From Octopus sinensis (taxonomy: Eukaryota), in assembly GCF_006345805.1 (NCBI RefSeq), contig NC_043009.1, positions 63,488,001 to 63,552,000 of the forward strand: 64,000 bases of DNA. The letters are read 5' to 3'. The notes beneath the pieces were generated by a model. That model made no database searches. It was given only the letters and a program-made list of their open reading frames with translations, and was not told where the DNA came from. Below are positions 24,260 through 37,755 of this stretch, piece by piece. The position numbers and the translations under genes were made by a program. The number at the start of each line of letters is the position of its first letter. Within the stretch, counting starts at the first letter, position 1.

Positions 24260-26524
24260 TCTCTATAGTTTTAGTGAGCGTGTGCGGTAGGTGATGGGGG
24301 GGGGGAACATGTTAGAGACATGTCTCCGCTGATTTAATGACTTAATGACGGCCCAGCTTGACCAGTCTGACAAAGTTTATTTACTCTATCTACTTCGCTT
24401 CAATGAAATGTGTCTAATAATAATAACGATAGCATCCCAAGAAGTTAATGTCTGTAGCACCTGTTTTCTAGTCTGCGAATTCTCCCGGAGCTGGGAATCT
24501 GGGCGGAAGTCACTCGGTAATGTCTTGTGAAGAAGTAGTGCCTCTAGGTAGCGTTCTGAGAGTCAGTTACATTAGATAGAGTGTTGTGAACCAGTGTTAA
24601 TAGATTGAGTTTTTCGAAGCAGGGTCCTACGAAGCGGTGTTAAAAGTCCTCAGAAGTAGTGTCTCTTGTCAAGGGCTCGTGAAGCAGTATTATTAGGCAA
24701 AGAGCCTTGTGAAAAAGCTTTGTCAATATACTGTGTCTCACTACATAGAGTTCTGTAGACAACGAGAACTACAGCTCAGTCAGACTCGTTTCCTTTTTCT
24801 TTTTTCTATTTTTTTTTTGTTTGTTCTCTTTCTTCTTTGTTAATACTGACATAAAATATTACAATATAAGATGGCCACCAGAAAATGGCAGAATTTCAGT
24901 TTTCAGCCTTAAAACGTTTTCTGTTGCCTTATACGTATGAGACGCATTATATATACAGAAAGCGATTGGTTAAAACTATTTGTAATGTGTGCCTGGTTGG
25001 GCACGTATCAACCGGAGAGACAAAATACGAAAGAAACACACAAAGTTGTTTATAATAACTTATCTGTCAAGCATCTCCCTAATTGATACCCCGGGGACAA
25101 AAGTTTAGAAAAAAAAAAACAAACATGGAATATTTCCTTCAAACTAGTTCTAATGGCATTGAATATATTTTTTCAATGTTTGTATTGTATAAATTCCAGC
25201 GAAGACATGTAATTGTACTTAGTTCCACTTGTATATTCTTAGTGTGTAGTTGATAGGAATCGCCGTAGAAAGTACATAGCTGTCACGTGCAACCGTTAAG
25301 ACTATCTCTTAATTGGCCAAATGAGAAAAACATAAAGAAGATCGAAACATCAAATTCATTTTAAAATAGGTTATATTTTTACCGATGGTTCAATGAGTTT
25401 TGCTACAGTAATCAATCAATCGAATCGGCTATTACTCTCCCACTGCTAAGTAAAGGCCTTCACTTTTATTCTCATAACATTCGAATTTGGTTACTCGATC
25501 TCAAATTATTGTTAAATCTATCCCGGTCCTTCCTCCATTTTCTTCATTTTCGACCACTCTTTCTTTTGCAAACTTTCATTATTACCATTCTGTCTTCTTC
25601 TAGAACGTCCGCCCTAACTCTATTTCTGTGATTTTACGAACTTGATTTCGTTGTTTTATTTTCTTCCTACTTTGTGCTAAGCATAACACTTTCGTCAGCT
25701 CTTCTAAGCTTGATTTCTTGGGGTCTTTCGTCAAATTCCATATTTGTGCAACATAAAAATGGGATTGTTGGAAAGACGCATTCGTTGTTAAGCTCCACTC
25801 TTAAGACCCTCTTCAATAGGGAATGAGACTGTCTACCATCCTTTGACAAGAGCCTCAGCAACCAAGTGCTGATCTTAACAATCGCACTGTCAAGTAATTG
25901 GGGATATCAAACATGACTGCGCATCAATATTCCTAATATACATTTAGAAGTTAGTTTTTTCCCACTAAGGCTGGATTTCAGATTTTGCCAGAGTCGAAAA
26001 TATCTTTCCTTGTTCTTGGATCTACAAAATGAGAACTGGATTTAAAAATGATAAAAAAATTATTCCTATAAAAATTGGAGCCGTTCGTCGCCTATATTTG
26101 TTTTATGAAAATAAACTTCTTTGGCTTCAGTTTGGGTTTTAAGCGTTCCAATCATGACCATCTCATTCTATTTTCTAATAATCTTTTGGGGATTGTTAGG
26201 AGGGGGTTGTTTCCTTCCTTTTTGTAGGAGTCCCTCAAAAAGGTCTTTGGCATTGTTGTTCCTCCTCTGACAAACACATGTAGAAATGAAGAATCGATAT
26301 CTCTTGGATGAAAAATTTCACTCGTTTTAGTGCAAGAGGTATGGATGGTGTTTGGTGAGTGAAGATTGCGATTTGGTTTCAAACCTTGACTTTCGTCTCA
26401 AAGTAACCTTAAAAAGTGCATGAACGTCATTTCCGCATCCACTTCCTTGAAATAAACTTTGAACAGAGACAAAAAAAAAAAAAAGAATATGTTAAAAACC
26501 ATACTTTAGTATTCAACATTGATG

Positions 26525-26750
26525 TAAGGCAGCGAGCTGGCTGGCAGAATCGTTAACATTCCAGGCAAAATGCTTAGCGGCATTTCGACCGTCATTAAGT
26601 TCTGAGTTCAAATTCAGCTGAGGTCGACTTTGCCTTTCATCCTTTCGGGGTCAATAAAATAAGTACCAGTCGAACACTGAAGTTGATGTAATTGACTAGC
26701 CCCCCGACCCCCCCCCCGAAGCTGCTAATCTTTCGTCAAAATTTGAAACC
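26525..26750 (+). mobile_element. SINE family A monomer
   Basis: Head, B-box and core homologous to other copies. Confidence 0.8.
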
Positions 26751-28959
26751 AATATTTTAACATTGATGTCAATTATTCAACCAGCCTTTCTATAAACAAC
26801 GAATGTTTAGTCATAAGTATAGACTTCAATTGCTCACCAATCAGAGTAAAATCCTAAAAAGGAATTACAATACCATTTCCTTGTAATCTGCCGCGATTCC
26901 TGTTGGTTAGTCTTCGTTTTTTTTTTCCTTTTTTTTCTTTTTCTCTTTACATTTTCATTTCGCCTCCATATTTATTTCTGATTAATCATGATATTTTGTC
27001 GTTTCACTCATCTAATTTTATTCTGTTCTCCTTTATATTGCACTTCTGGCTTGAAGAGTAAATCCCCTTTGAGGGTAATCATGTTTAATAGGACTGACCC
27101 CTATAATCCCCAGCTGTCAGCAAAACTTCATCGCCAACCCAGAGCGCGTTTCAACATGACGCTGTCCACATCTGACAAAATTATCATTTGTCTACTTTTA
27201 ACAATAACAACTATTCCTGGAACAGATTTTATTTTAATTTCCCTGAGCTACATTTATTAAGATTTCCTTATCTTCAATGACAAGCATCCATTCCGCCAGA
27301 AAAATAACAGAATACATTGCAGAATAAACAAAAGTGGTTGTGGAAAAGTAAAGAGCTAGTTTCCCTGTTTAACCTCTTCCTGATTCAGTTTAGTTTGAGT
27401 GGTGATAAATGGCAGAGGCGAGCTGGGAATCAAAGTCGAGATTGTTTTGATTTTCAGCTCTATTTCAATTTCCTTCACCTTACTAGTACCCCCCGAGAAA
27501 AAAAAAGAAGAAAAACAGAAGAAAAAACATGTAATTCATAAAATATCAATTTCCTGCCTTAACTATCCCGAGCTTTTGTTGTTATTGGGCTTCTGTTTTT
27601 TTTCAATGTAAAATATGTTAGGGTTTTAGGAATGTAAGAAAAATGAAAAAAAAAGATGGACGAATAGATTGATCATAGCGTTTTCTTTTCTTTCGTCAAT
27701 ACTTATTGCTTGGAGTTAAGGGTTGTACTTGCGGCACACTGGCACATTCAAAAGGTGTACTACGTACGGCACATTAAGGAACTATAAATTCATTTTCTAT
27801 ATGTGCTGCAAAATCTTGTAAAATTATTGGTTTCAAATTATGGTACAAGGCCAACAATTTCGGAGTGTTGGGGGGGGGTCGGTTTCACCAATCCCAGTGC
27901 TCAACAGGTGCTTATTTTATCGATCCCGAAAGAATGAAAGGCAAAGTCAACATCGGTGGAATTTGAACTCAGTACGTAGCGACGGGCGAAATGCCGCTAA
28001 GCATTTTGCCCGGCATGCAAACATTTCTTCCATCTCACTGCCTTTATACCTTGTAAATATATGGCCTTTACGCAAGCCTTTTGTTCAGTATTCTAGTTTA
28101 TTTAGGCAAAAACTGGTTTATTATTTCGATGTTTATTCCACTGGGAAAGACTAGGACTAATAAAATAAGGAATAGTGACATACTGAGGGACATTTTAATC
28201 GACTGTGGCCCGCCCCAAATATGTTGCCTTGTTCCAATGTTACAAATCATTACCTAACTTAGATGTTTAGATTAAACTTTAAGGAGACGAGTCAAACTTC
28301 TGTAAAACCGAGTTCGCGAGTCGGAGTTGCTTTCGATTTTATCATTCGTGGAAAATATGAATGTACAATTTGTGATTAGCCTACCTTGAAAATGATCAAA
28401 GTTTATATTTGTGTTCTTAAGTTTGCTGAGTGGGTTCAAACCCAGGTCCAACCCAAGATGTTCAAAGCATTTTCATTGTCCCACTCCACCAAAAAACATT
28501 TTAGGGGTAACGCTTGCAACCCCTGTCCCTGAGCTTGTGTTCCGAAACTAAAAGGGCTATAAAAATCGGTTCTTACTTTTGGTTTTTGTTACGTTTCGCG
28601 ATAAAGGATATGTGATTCTTTAAATGGAATGTTAATCAGGCCACATTGCTCATGATAAGGATCGAACTCAGCCCTGCATTGCAGTGAAATATTTGCCCAT
28701 TGGTAAGTTATATCACAATTGGTGGCCACCGTGGTACCAATCACTGGTCAACGAAGGAGGGAGAACCTATAAGTGGTCACTTCTTTTTTACTTAAAATAG
28801 CAGCCAAATCTTTCTCAAAGAGCATCTTACTTGTCTTCAAGGAAAATCAAAGGGTTGTATTGTGCAAGAAACACTACCACTGAAAAACAAGTTGTATAGA
28901 CGTGGCTCGAATACTGTTCACCATAGATCTGACGTTGTGCGCTGACTTGGGGGCAAAAA

Positions 28960-29600
28960 AAGAACCCTGACACTGTCAGTTAGGGTGATGAGGGTTCCAA
29001 TTGATCCGATCAGTGGAACAGCTTGGTCATAAAATTAATGTGCAAGTGACAGAGCACTCCACAGACATGCACACTCTTAATGTGTGGAGGCACATGACCT
29101 AGTGGTTAGAGCAGCGGACTCGCGGGCAAGGGATCACGGGTTCGAATCTCAGACCGGGCGATATGTGTGTTTATGAGCGAAAACACCTAAGCTCCACGCG
29201 GCTCCGGCAGAAGGTAATGGCGAACTTCTGCTGACTCTTTCGCCACAACTTTCTCTCACTCTTTCCTCCTGCATCTTGCAGCTCACCTGTGACGGACCGG
29301 CGTCCCGTCCAGGTGGGGAACCTATACGCCAAGGAAACCGGGAAACCGGCCCTTATGAGCCAGGCGTGGCTCGAGAAGGAACAAGCAACAACAACGCTCT
29401 TAATGTAGTTATTAGGGAGATTCAGTGTGACACAGAATGTGACAAGACTGGCCCCTTTGAAATAGAGAGCCTACTCATTTTGGCCAGCTGAGGGAACTGG
29501 AGAAGCGCAAAATAAAGTGTCTTGCCCAAGGACACAACGCGTCACCGGGAATCGAATTCACGACCTTACGATTGTAAGCTGAACAGCCTAATCACAAATC
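28960..29600 (-). mobile_element. SINE family G, interrupted by a younger SINE
   Basis: The two halves rejoin at the duplicated ctcttaatgt. Confidence 0.7.
29084..29396 (+). mobile_element. tRNA-derived SINE family D (V-domain-like), full length
   Basis: A-box tgacctagtgg, B-box GGGTTCGAATCT, (AAC)n tail, 10-bp TSD ctcttaatgt (29074-29083 / 29397-29406). Confidence 0.8.
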
Positions 29601-29924
29601 TTCGCTACCTGCAATGAACGACAACTAGAAACCACACTCAGCTGTCTTCGTTCTCATTGTGTAAGGAAGAATTGTTCAGGGAAGTTATGGCGGCAGAGTA
29701 CTGCACTCGATGTCATGGCGGTAATTAACGCTAATGTTTTACTATGAAATCTTACCGAAGACAACTTCTTTCGGGGCCAAACGGTTTAAATACGTTACAC
29801 TCTGTTCAACTGGCCAAAATTCAATCCTTTGCGAAACGAAATCCGAGCTGGTTTTATTTGTTGTTTGTTAACTTTTCTTATCAAATCATTTGTCCTTTTG
29901 TTTTGTTTGATACAGAATAAACCG

Positions 29925-29955
<31 letters not shown>

Positions 29956-30409
29956 ACAAAACAAAAAAAAGGACTTGTTATGACACAGAGTGGAACTCTA
30001 GTTTCCTTTTGTACTCAGATAGACGAGGCGTGATGATAAGTATGATAATGATGATGACGACGACGACGACAATGATAAGGATGATGATAATGGGGTGGTG
30101 ATGTTGACGACGGTGATGATGATGATAATGATAATCGTCATCATCATGATGACGTCGACGACGAAAGCGATGGAGTATAATTTAGTTTACGAGAGTAAAT
30201 GAATCTTAGTGACGATAATTAAATATATAAACATTAAGAAAAAAAAATGATTATATAGAGAAATTGCCTCGTGATGACATCTTGACTAAACACCATAGAA
30301 TTGTGATTTTAAAAGAAAATATACGAAATAAAGAGATAATAACATATATAATTTCTTTTTTCTAACGCTTAGAGACATCAGATTAATCTGCTTTCATTTT
30401 TAATTTCTA

Positions 30410-30830
30410 CTAGCAGTATCGCCCGGCGTTGCTCGGGTTTGTTTCGACCCTTTAAAATTGGAATTTTTGAAAATCGACCCTTTAGAATGGGAATTTTTGA
30501 AAAGTAAAAATCTTGCATTATGTAGCTTGTTATTCTCTTTAAGTGAACATTTTTCTGGTTGAAATACACGGAAAAATGGAGACACAGCAGTCAAAAAATC
30601 GTAAAAAATAGGGATTTTCATAGAAAAAAAAGCACCTTTTTGATGTAAATAATTTTTGGTGTTAACATGGTCCGATTTAAATTTTTTCTTCTACAGAAGG
30701 AAGAGCAAGCCTTCTTCTATCATGCTTTCAATTTTGGTCAACTTGCCCCGCAGGGTCTCGGAGGAGACAGTGTTAGTTGAAGGCTACCAAACCTGCCATA
30801 CACAGACAACTTCAGCTTTATATATAAAGA
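30410..30830 (-). mobile_element. Non-autonomous Helitron (family E)
   Basis: TC...hairpin-CTAG termini on the minus strand; internal duplication of about 27 bp. Confidence 0.8.
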
Positions 30831-30951
30831 GAGAGATTTCTTTTTTCTAACGCTTAGAGCCATCGGATTAGTCTGCTTTCATTTTTAATTTCTATTGGTT
30901 GACCGGGTTCAAAGTCATTTTACTAAAACTGATTATTTAATGCTCACAGAA

Positions 30952-30984
<33 letters not shown>

Positions 30985-31153
30985 TAAACGTAGTTATTTA
31001 AAAGCTCTTTCACTCCGCCACCACCACCACCACCACTTTCCACACTTCTCCACCTTCCCTTTCCATACCTCCCCACCCCCGCCCCCCACACACACTTTTT
31101 GCTCGAACAAAATTTTGTTTGTGTTCTTTGTTTTTTGTTGCCGTTTAATGCAG

Positions 31154-31364
31154 GAATCGGCTCGTCTCAGTTCCATACTGATTTCTGAGTTCAGGAAAGC
31201 TATCAAGACCACACACACAGCCCGAGAGTTGATACGACTATTTGCAGGCAAGGACGCCACCAGGGAGCAGATTGATCGCATACTCGGCTACGAGCTAGAA
31301 CGCACATACTCAGACAGAGGACGGTTTCCACGCATGATGAGTGGCTACGATGACGTTATATCAG
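31154..31364 (+). CDS. Pvf: PDGF/VEGF-family ligand, coding exon 2 (propeptide)
   Basis: cag|GAA acceptor (phase 0) and G|GTGAG donor (phase 1) match both neighbouring exons; ESARLSSILISEFRKAIKTTHTARELIRLF...RGRFPRMMSGYDDVIS is non-repetitive and resembles a PDGF-type propeptide with an RxxR site. Confidence 0.8.
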
Positions 31365-31487
31365 GTGAGGATTGAACCCTTGTCATTTGAAGTTTTCACT
31401 GATTTTACTATCTACTAATGCTATTGCTTGTTTGTTTCTTATTTACTTTTTTTTAAAAATCTTACATACATGTTATAAATCTTTTAA

Positions 31488-31904
31488 GGCGGCGAACTGG
31501 CAGAAACGTTAGCATGCCGGGCGAAATGCTTAGCGGTATTTCGTCTGCCGCTACGTTTTGAGTTCAAATTTCGCCGAGGTCGACTTTGCCTTTCATCCTT
31601 TCGGGGTCGATAAATTAAGTACCAGTTACGCACTGGAGTCAATGTAATCGATTTAATCCCTTTGTCTGTCCTTGTTTGTCCTCTCTGTGTTTAGCCCCTT
31701 GTGGGTAGTAAAGAAATAGGTATTTCGTCTGGCGCTACGTTCTGAGTTCAAATTTCGCCGAAGTCGACTTTGCCTTTAATCCTTTCGGGGTCGATAAATT
31801 AAGTACCAGTTACACACTGGGGTCGATATAATCGACTTAATCCCTTTGTCTGTCCTTGTTTGTCCTCTCTATGTTTAGCCCCTTGTGGGCAATAAAGAAA
31901 TAAG
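31488..31904 (+). mobile_element. SINE family A dimer with TSD
   Basis: 9-bp TSD atcttttaa (31479-31487 / 31905-31913); internal junction aaagaaataggtatttcgtc. Confidence 0.85.
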
Positions 31905-32464
31905 ATCTTTTAATGAGGCGAAATGGCAGAACAGTAGCGCGCTGGACAAAGTACTTAGCGGCATTTCGTCCGTCCTTACGTTCTGAGTTCAAATTCCGCC
32001 TAAGTACACTGTGCTTGTCATCCTTTTCGGGGTCAATGAAATAATTTCCGCTGAGCACTCGGCTCGATACAACCGACTTAACTTGTGCCAAAATTTGAAG
32101 CCATTATTGTTATACCTTTAAAGGTAGTAAGCTGACGGGATCGTTAGCGCTCCGAATAAAATTCTCAGCGATATTTCATCCATCTTTACGTCCGAGTTCC
32201 ACTTCCGACTTTGCCTTTCATCCTTTTTGGGGGTCTACGTAAACAACTTAGCACTCACCATTTCCTTGTTGGTTTTGTGCCAAAATTTTAAACCAATCCA
32301 TGTTATAGTTTTTTTCTTAAGGCGGCAGAATCGTTCGCACGCCGGACAAAATGCTTAGCGACATTTCTTCCGGCTTTATGTTCTGCGTTCAAAGTCGAAT
32401 TTATCCTTCATCGTTTCGGAGTACCGGTGCTTGTGTATTATATTAGAGAAAAATAATAGTATAT

Positions 32465-32629
32465 GGCGCAGGAGTGGCTGTGTGGTAAGTAGCTTGTTTA
32501 CCAACCACATGGTTCCGGGTTCAGTCCCACTGCGTGGCACCTTGGGCAAGTGTCTTCTACTATAGCCTCGGGCCGACCAAAGCCTTGTGAGTGGATTTGG
32601 TAGACGGAAACTGAAAGAAGCCCGTCGTA

Positions 32630-32671
<42 letters not shown>

Positions 32672-32880
32672 TGTGTGTGTTTGTGTGTCTGTGTTTGTCC
32701 CCCTAGCATTGCTTGACAGCCGATGCTGGTGTGTTTACGTCCCCGTCACTTAGCGGTTCGGCAAAAAGAGACCGATAGAATAAGTACTGGGCTTACAAAG
32801 AATAAGTCCCGGGGTCGATTTGCTCGACTAAAGGCGGTGCTCCAGCATGGCCGCAGTCAAATGACTGAAACAAGTAAAAG
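32465..32880 (+). mobile_element. SINE family B, full length
   Basis: A-box TGGCTGTGTGG, B-box GGGTTCAGTCCC, CORE-like accttgggcaagtgtctt; perfect 20-bp TSD agagaaaaataatagtatat (32445-32464 / 32881-32900). Confidence 0.9.
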
Positions 32881-33289
32881 AGAGAAAAATAATAGTATAT
32901 GTTAAAGTTATTTTTTGTTATTACTACGCTTTTACCGGGACAGCGAGCTGGAAGAACCGTTAGCACGCCGGACAAGATGCCTAGCGGCGTTTCGTTCGCG
33001 TTCTGAGTTCAAATTCTGCAGAGGTCAATTTTTGTCTTTCGTCCATTCAAAGAACAATAGCAACCCAAAGAAAATTTGAGTTTTGATATCTGTTTCCACA
33101 TCATTAATTGAAAAGACCTAATTATTATTTTTTTTTTTTTTTTTTCCTACTCGATCACATTTTGCATTCATTAGCAAGAGTCAGAAAGGGTGACAACATT
33201 GATCGGTTGATAAGTTGTGATTGGTTTCTAGTAATTCCCCCCCCCCCCGCCAGCACGACTGCAGCATTGAAGCCGAAACAATTTAAAGA

Positions 33290-33318
33290 TTGAAAGTAAT
33301 AAATAAATAAATAAATAA

Positions 33319-33395
<77 letters not shown>

Positions 33396-33412
33396 TAGAT
33401 AGATAGAGAGAT

Positions 33413-33458
<46 letters not shown>

Positions 33459-33604
33459 GAAGGAGATAGGCAGAGACAGACAGATAAAAATAGATAGAGA
33501 GAGAGAGACAGACAGATAGAGAGAGAGAGACAGAGACAGACAGATAGATGGAGAGAGAGGGCAAAGACAGAGACAGACAGACAAAACTTGATAGATAGAT
33601 AGAT

Positions 33605-33648
<44 letters not shown>

Positions 33649-33656
33649 TGACAGAC

Positions 33657-33714
<58 letters not shown>

Positions 33715-33870
33715 GTAGGTAGGTAGATAGATGATAGATAGATAGATAGACAGATAGATAGATAATAGATGTAATATGTATGTATGTAGGTAGGTAGGTG
33801 GGTAGGTAGGTAGGTAGGTAGGTAGGTAGGTCGGTCGATCGGTCGGTCGGTCGGTAGGTCAGACAGATAA
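33290..33870. repeat. Compound (AAAT)/(AGAT)/(AGAC)/(AG)/(AGGT) microsatellite
   Basis: Directly visible. Confidence 0.95.
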
Positions 33871-34305
33871 AAGTATAATCGGCGTGCAGACAGGTAGTCA
33901 AACAGCCCCCTAAATAATCCCGATAGCCTACATTCCGACATTCTGCGTAAATATGTGAGTGAGCAGAAAAGGAAAGAAGCAAAAAAAAAAAAAAAATTTA
34001 GTAATGTATTCAGGAAATTAAGGCGGATGTAAGACGAATGAATGGAAGAGGAATGATGAGTCTGGAGCCAAGTTTGTCTTCGGTTTGCTTGATTAGTTTT
34101 GCGTTAATAACAATTGAAACGTTGCTGATTGGCTACATTCGTAGAACCTTGGCCAAAACTGATGCCAAGATTGTAAATGTAGGTTTGTGTGCGCGCGTGC
34201 ACATGCATATATATATATAAAGACATGCACAGATGGAAATAAACAGAGCACTTCCAAATTACGCGTGTATATACGTATTCATGCATATATACGTATTTAC
34301 ATATG

Positions 34306-34790
<485 letters not shown>

Positions 34791-36863
34791 TATCTCTGTT
34801 GAAATTGGGTCATTTGGTGTGGCCTACATTCAGAGGTATTGCTCGATACAAATGTAGTTTCATGTAGGTATTTGTATTTAGAAATTGTCACACCTATCTG
34901 GACCAATATTTATCTTTTTGAAGTTCATTGAACATTATCGATATCAGACGAAGCAATCGTTGTGTCAGTTTCTGAATTCCTGCGTGCGTGTGGGGAGGAG
35001 AGTTGTCCGTGTTTGTGTATATGCGTATGTACGTACTTGTGTCAGTGTGTGTGTACAGGAAATTGAATTTGAACGTGTAACCGTGAAATGGAAAACAACA
35101 AATTAAACATACAACACCTCTCGTCAGCTATGGTGGCAAGAGCAATGTAGTTTTTGCGTTTTAAATCTCTAAAGATTATTAATTCCATGTTGCTGCTCCT
35201 TTGGTTGCACCAATGGGAGTTCATATTACTAAAGTCTGAGGTGCTGCAAGTAAATGCTTAGATTCCTCCCCAACTGGCATACTTCGTTTTCCAGTTGATT
35301 TCCCTCACCTCATGCTGCTTTCTGCTGGCCACAGAAACTGTGTTGCAGTCTACAATTGTATATAGTTTTCTCAATGTCGACACAGTAAACAGAAATGTCA
35401 ATGGAGGTTCAGTAAGTGGAGCTGAAGACGTGTGTGTCCGTGTGTGTTTGTGTGTGTGTGTGTATGCGTGTGTGTGTGTGTCAGTGTTTGTGTTTGTGTG
35501 TGTATGTGCGTGCGTGTGGGTAAATGTATTTATAAGACCTTATAAAACATTACGTCCACAGGAGTATTTGGATGTTTAAGGAGAAAATTTGGTGTGACAT
35601 TTTAAAATGTTGAACTTGGAAAATATACGTAAGCACACACATACACACACACACACGCACGCACACATCAGCATATTCTCATACATCAATTTGAGACAAT
35701 TTCCGGAACTCGAACCACACACACACACACACTTATCCTTTGCAGAGCATCTAAGTTGTCTCCCTTTCATTCTCTCTGTCATTCTCTCTCCCATGTCTCT
35801 CTCTTTCCTGTTGCTTTTATATATTTTTTAAATTTATAATTATGCTCCTTATTAAGTTTGCAGTATAATTGCTATGCTAGTTAATGCAGTAGAACAGATT
35901 CAAGTCTCTGTGTAAACGATATATTTAATTTCAAATGTTGGCGCAAGGCCACCAACTTCGGGGCCGTGGTTTAGTCGATTATATCTCCCCCAGAGTTCAA
36001 TTCGTACTTAATTTATCGACTTCGAACGAATGAAAGGTATTTTATCGACCCCCAGCGGGATTTGGATTGAGAACTGGAAAACGTGTTGCCGCTAAACATT
36101 TAGCCCAGTTTGCGCGTGCGTATCTGTGTGTCTGTATTTGTCCCCCAACCACAGCTTCACAACCGGTGTTGGTGTGTTTATGTCCCCGCAACCTAGCGCT
36201 TCAGCAAATGAAATGCCTATTTCTTTACTACCCACAAGGGGCTACACACAGAGAGGACAAACAAGGACAGACAAACGGATTAAGTCGATTACATCGACCC
36301 CAGTGCATCACTGGTACTTAATTTATCGACCCCGAAAGGATGAAAGGCAAAGTCGACCTCGGCAGAATTTGAACTCAGAACGTAATGGCAGACGAAATAC
36401 CGCTAAGCATTTCGCCCGGCATGCTAACGTTTCTGCCAGCTGGCTGCCTTTCAGCAAATGAAATACCACGCTTGAATAAACACCACGCTTGAAAAATAAG
36501 AACTGGGGTCGATTCAGTCGACTAAAATTCCTCAATGTGATGCCTCCGCATGGCCGCAATGTAATCTAAATATTAATAACATACATTTACTCCACACACA
36601 ATTGCTGTCTCTTTCGTGACATGCTGTGTCCATCATTTAGACATCATTTTCTCTACGCTTGCAGTCAGAGGAAAATGGCCGTTGTAAATGTCTTACCTCT
36701 GTGAAGGACATTAACTGCATAAAGGAATTCTTTCTAAGCTTAGTAATTATTCTATCGGTCTCTTTTGCCGAACCGCTAAGTTACGGTGATGTAAACACAT
36801 CAGCATCGGTTGTCAAGCGATGTTGGGGGCAAACACAGACACACAAACATATACACACACACA

Positions 36864-36951
<88 letters not shown>

Positions 36952-37092
36952 CATACATATATACGACGGGCTTCTTTCAGTTTCCGTCTACCAAATCCAC
37001 TCACAAGGCTTTGGTCGGCCCGAGGCTATAGTAAAGCACAATCGATGACAGATAAGCTTGGATATCGAATCAATAGGCAACTTAATCTTTAT

Positions 37093-37373
37093 ACTTACTT
37101 GTGTACTTGTGACGTGACGGCGTTCACCCAGGGCGGGTTGAGCTGGCTTCCTCTCCGTTCCTAACGGCATCACGAGCCATGGTGGCCCACGCTAATCAGG
37201 TCCTGTGCGGGATCACTGGAGATAGCGAGCCATTCGCGATTCCATCTGAGCAGACCGACCACCTGCGGACCTGAGAGTTCGGAGAGGTCCACCTTTATCG
37301 TCGTTGCCCAGGTCTTCAGCTGCCCGCCCTTGCGTTTGCGCCAGCTGGGAAGTGGCGGTGGGAGGAGGACAAT
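37093..37373 (-). mobile_element. 5'-truncated RTE-clade LINE, 3' end
   Basis: Minus-strand translation PPPLPSWRKRKGGQLKTWATTIKVDLSELSGPQVVGLLRWNREWLAISSDPAQD/(shift)AWATMARDAVRNGEEASSTRPG* (stop at 37124-37126); CAAGTA-type tail; 12-bp TSD with one mismatch (37081-37092 / 37374-37385). Confidence 0.8.
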
Positions 37374-37525
37374 CTTAATATTTATTCGATCTTAATCAAA
37401 TGTTATTAAAACTTCCATTTATTTTCCGGTACGTATTCTTTTCAGTTTGTTATGTCATATCCAAGAGACGATCTTCGTAGTCTTGTACCGATTGGCTAAA
37501 GCTTGTCTATTTTCTTTTATTTCAG

Positions 37526-37755
37526 GACTGGACAAAGCGTTGTCGCATGTTCAAGAGATGACGTCATCGCCGTTGCATAGATGTAAACATCCTCGACCAG
37601 AAATTGTCTATATTCAAGACAACGAAGCTAAAAATCGTGTCTATTTCCCATCATGCACAGTCATCCATCGATGCCGTAATGTAACCGGATGTTGTTCGAA
37701 TGCCTCGGCTGTGTGCGGACCAAAGAGGGTGAAGATCATTAGCAAATATTTTGTG
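37526..37755 (+). CDS. Pvf: PDGF/VEGF-family ligand, coding exon 3 (cystine-knot domain, Cys1-6)
   Basis: tttcttttatttcag acceptor (phase 1), GTG|GTGAGA donor (phase 0); RCKHPRPE...YFPSCTVIHRCRNVTGCC...VCGP is the PDGF/VEGF signature. Confidence 0.95.

Noticed and set aside
29084-29165. tRNA genes at this and other A-box/B-box heads
   Set aside because: Acceptor and anticodon stems do not close, and each head continues into a SINE body
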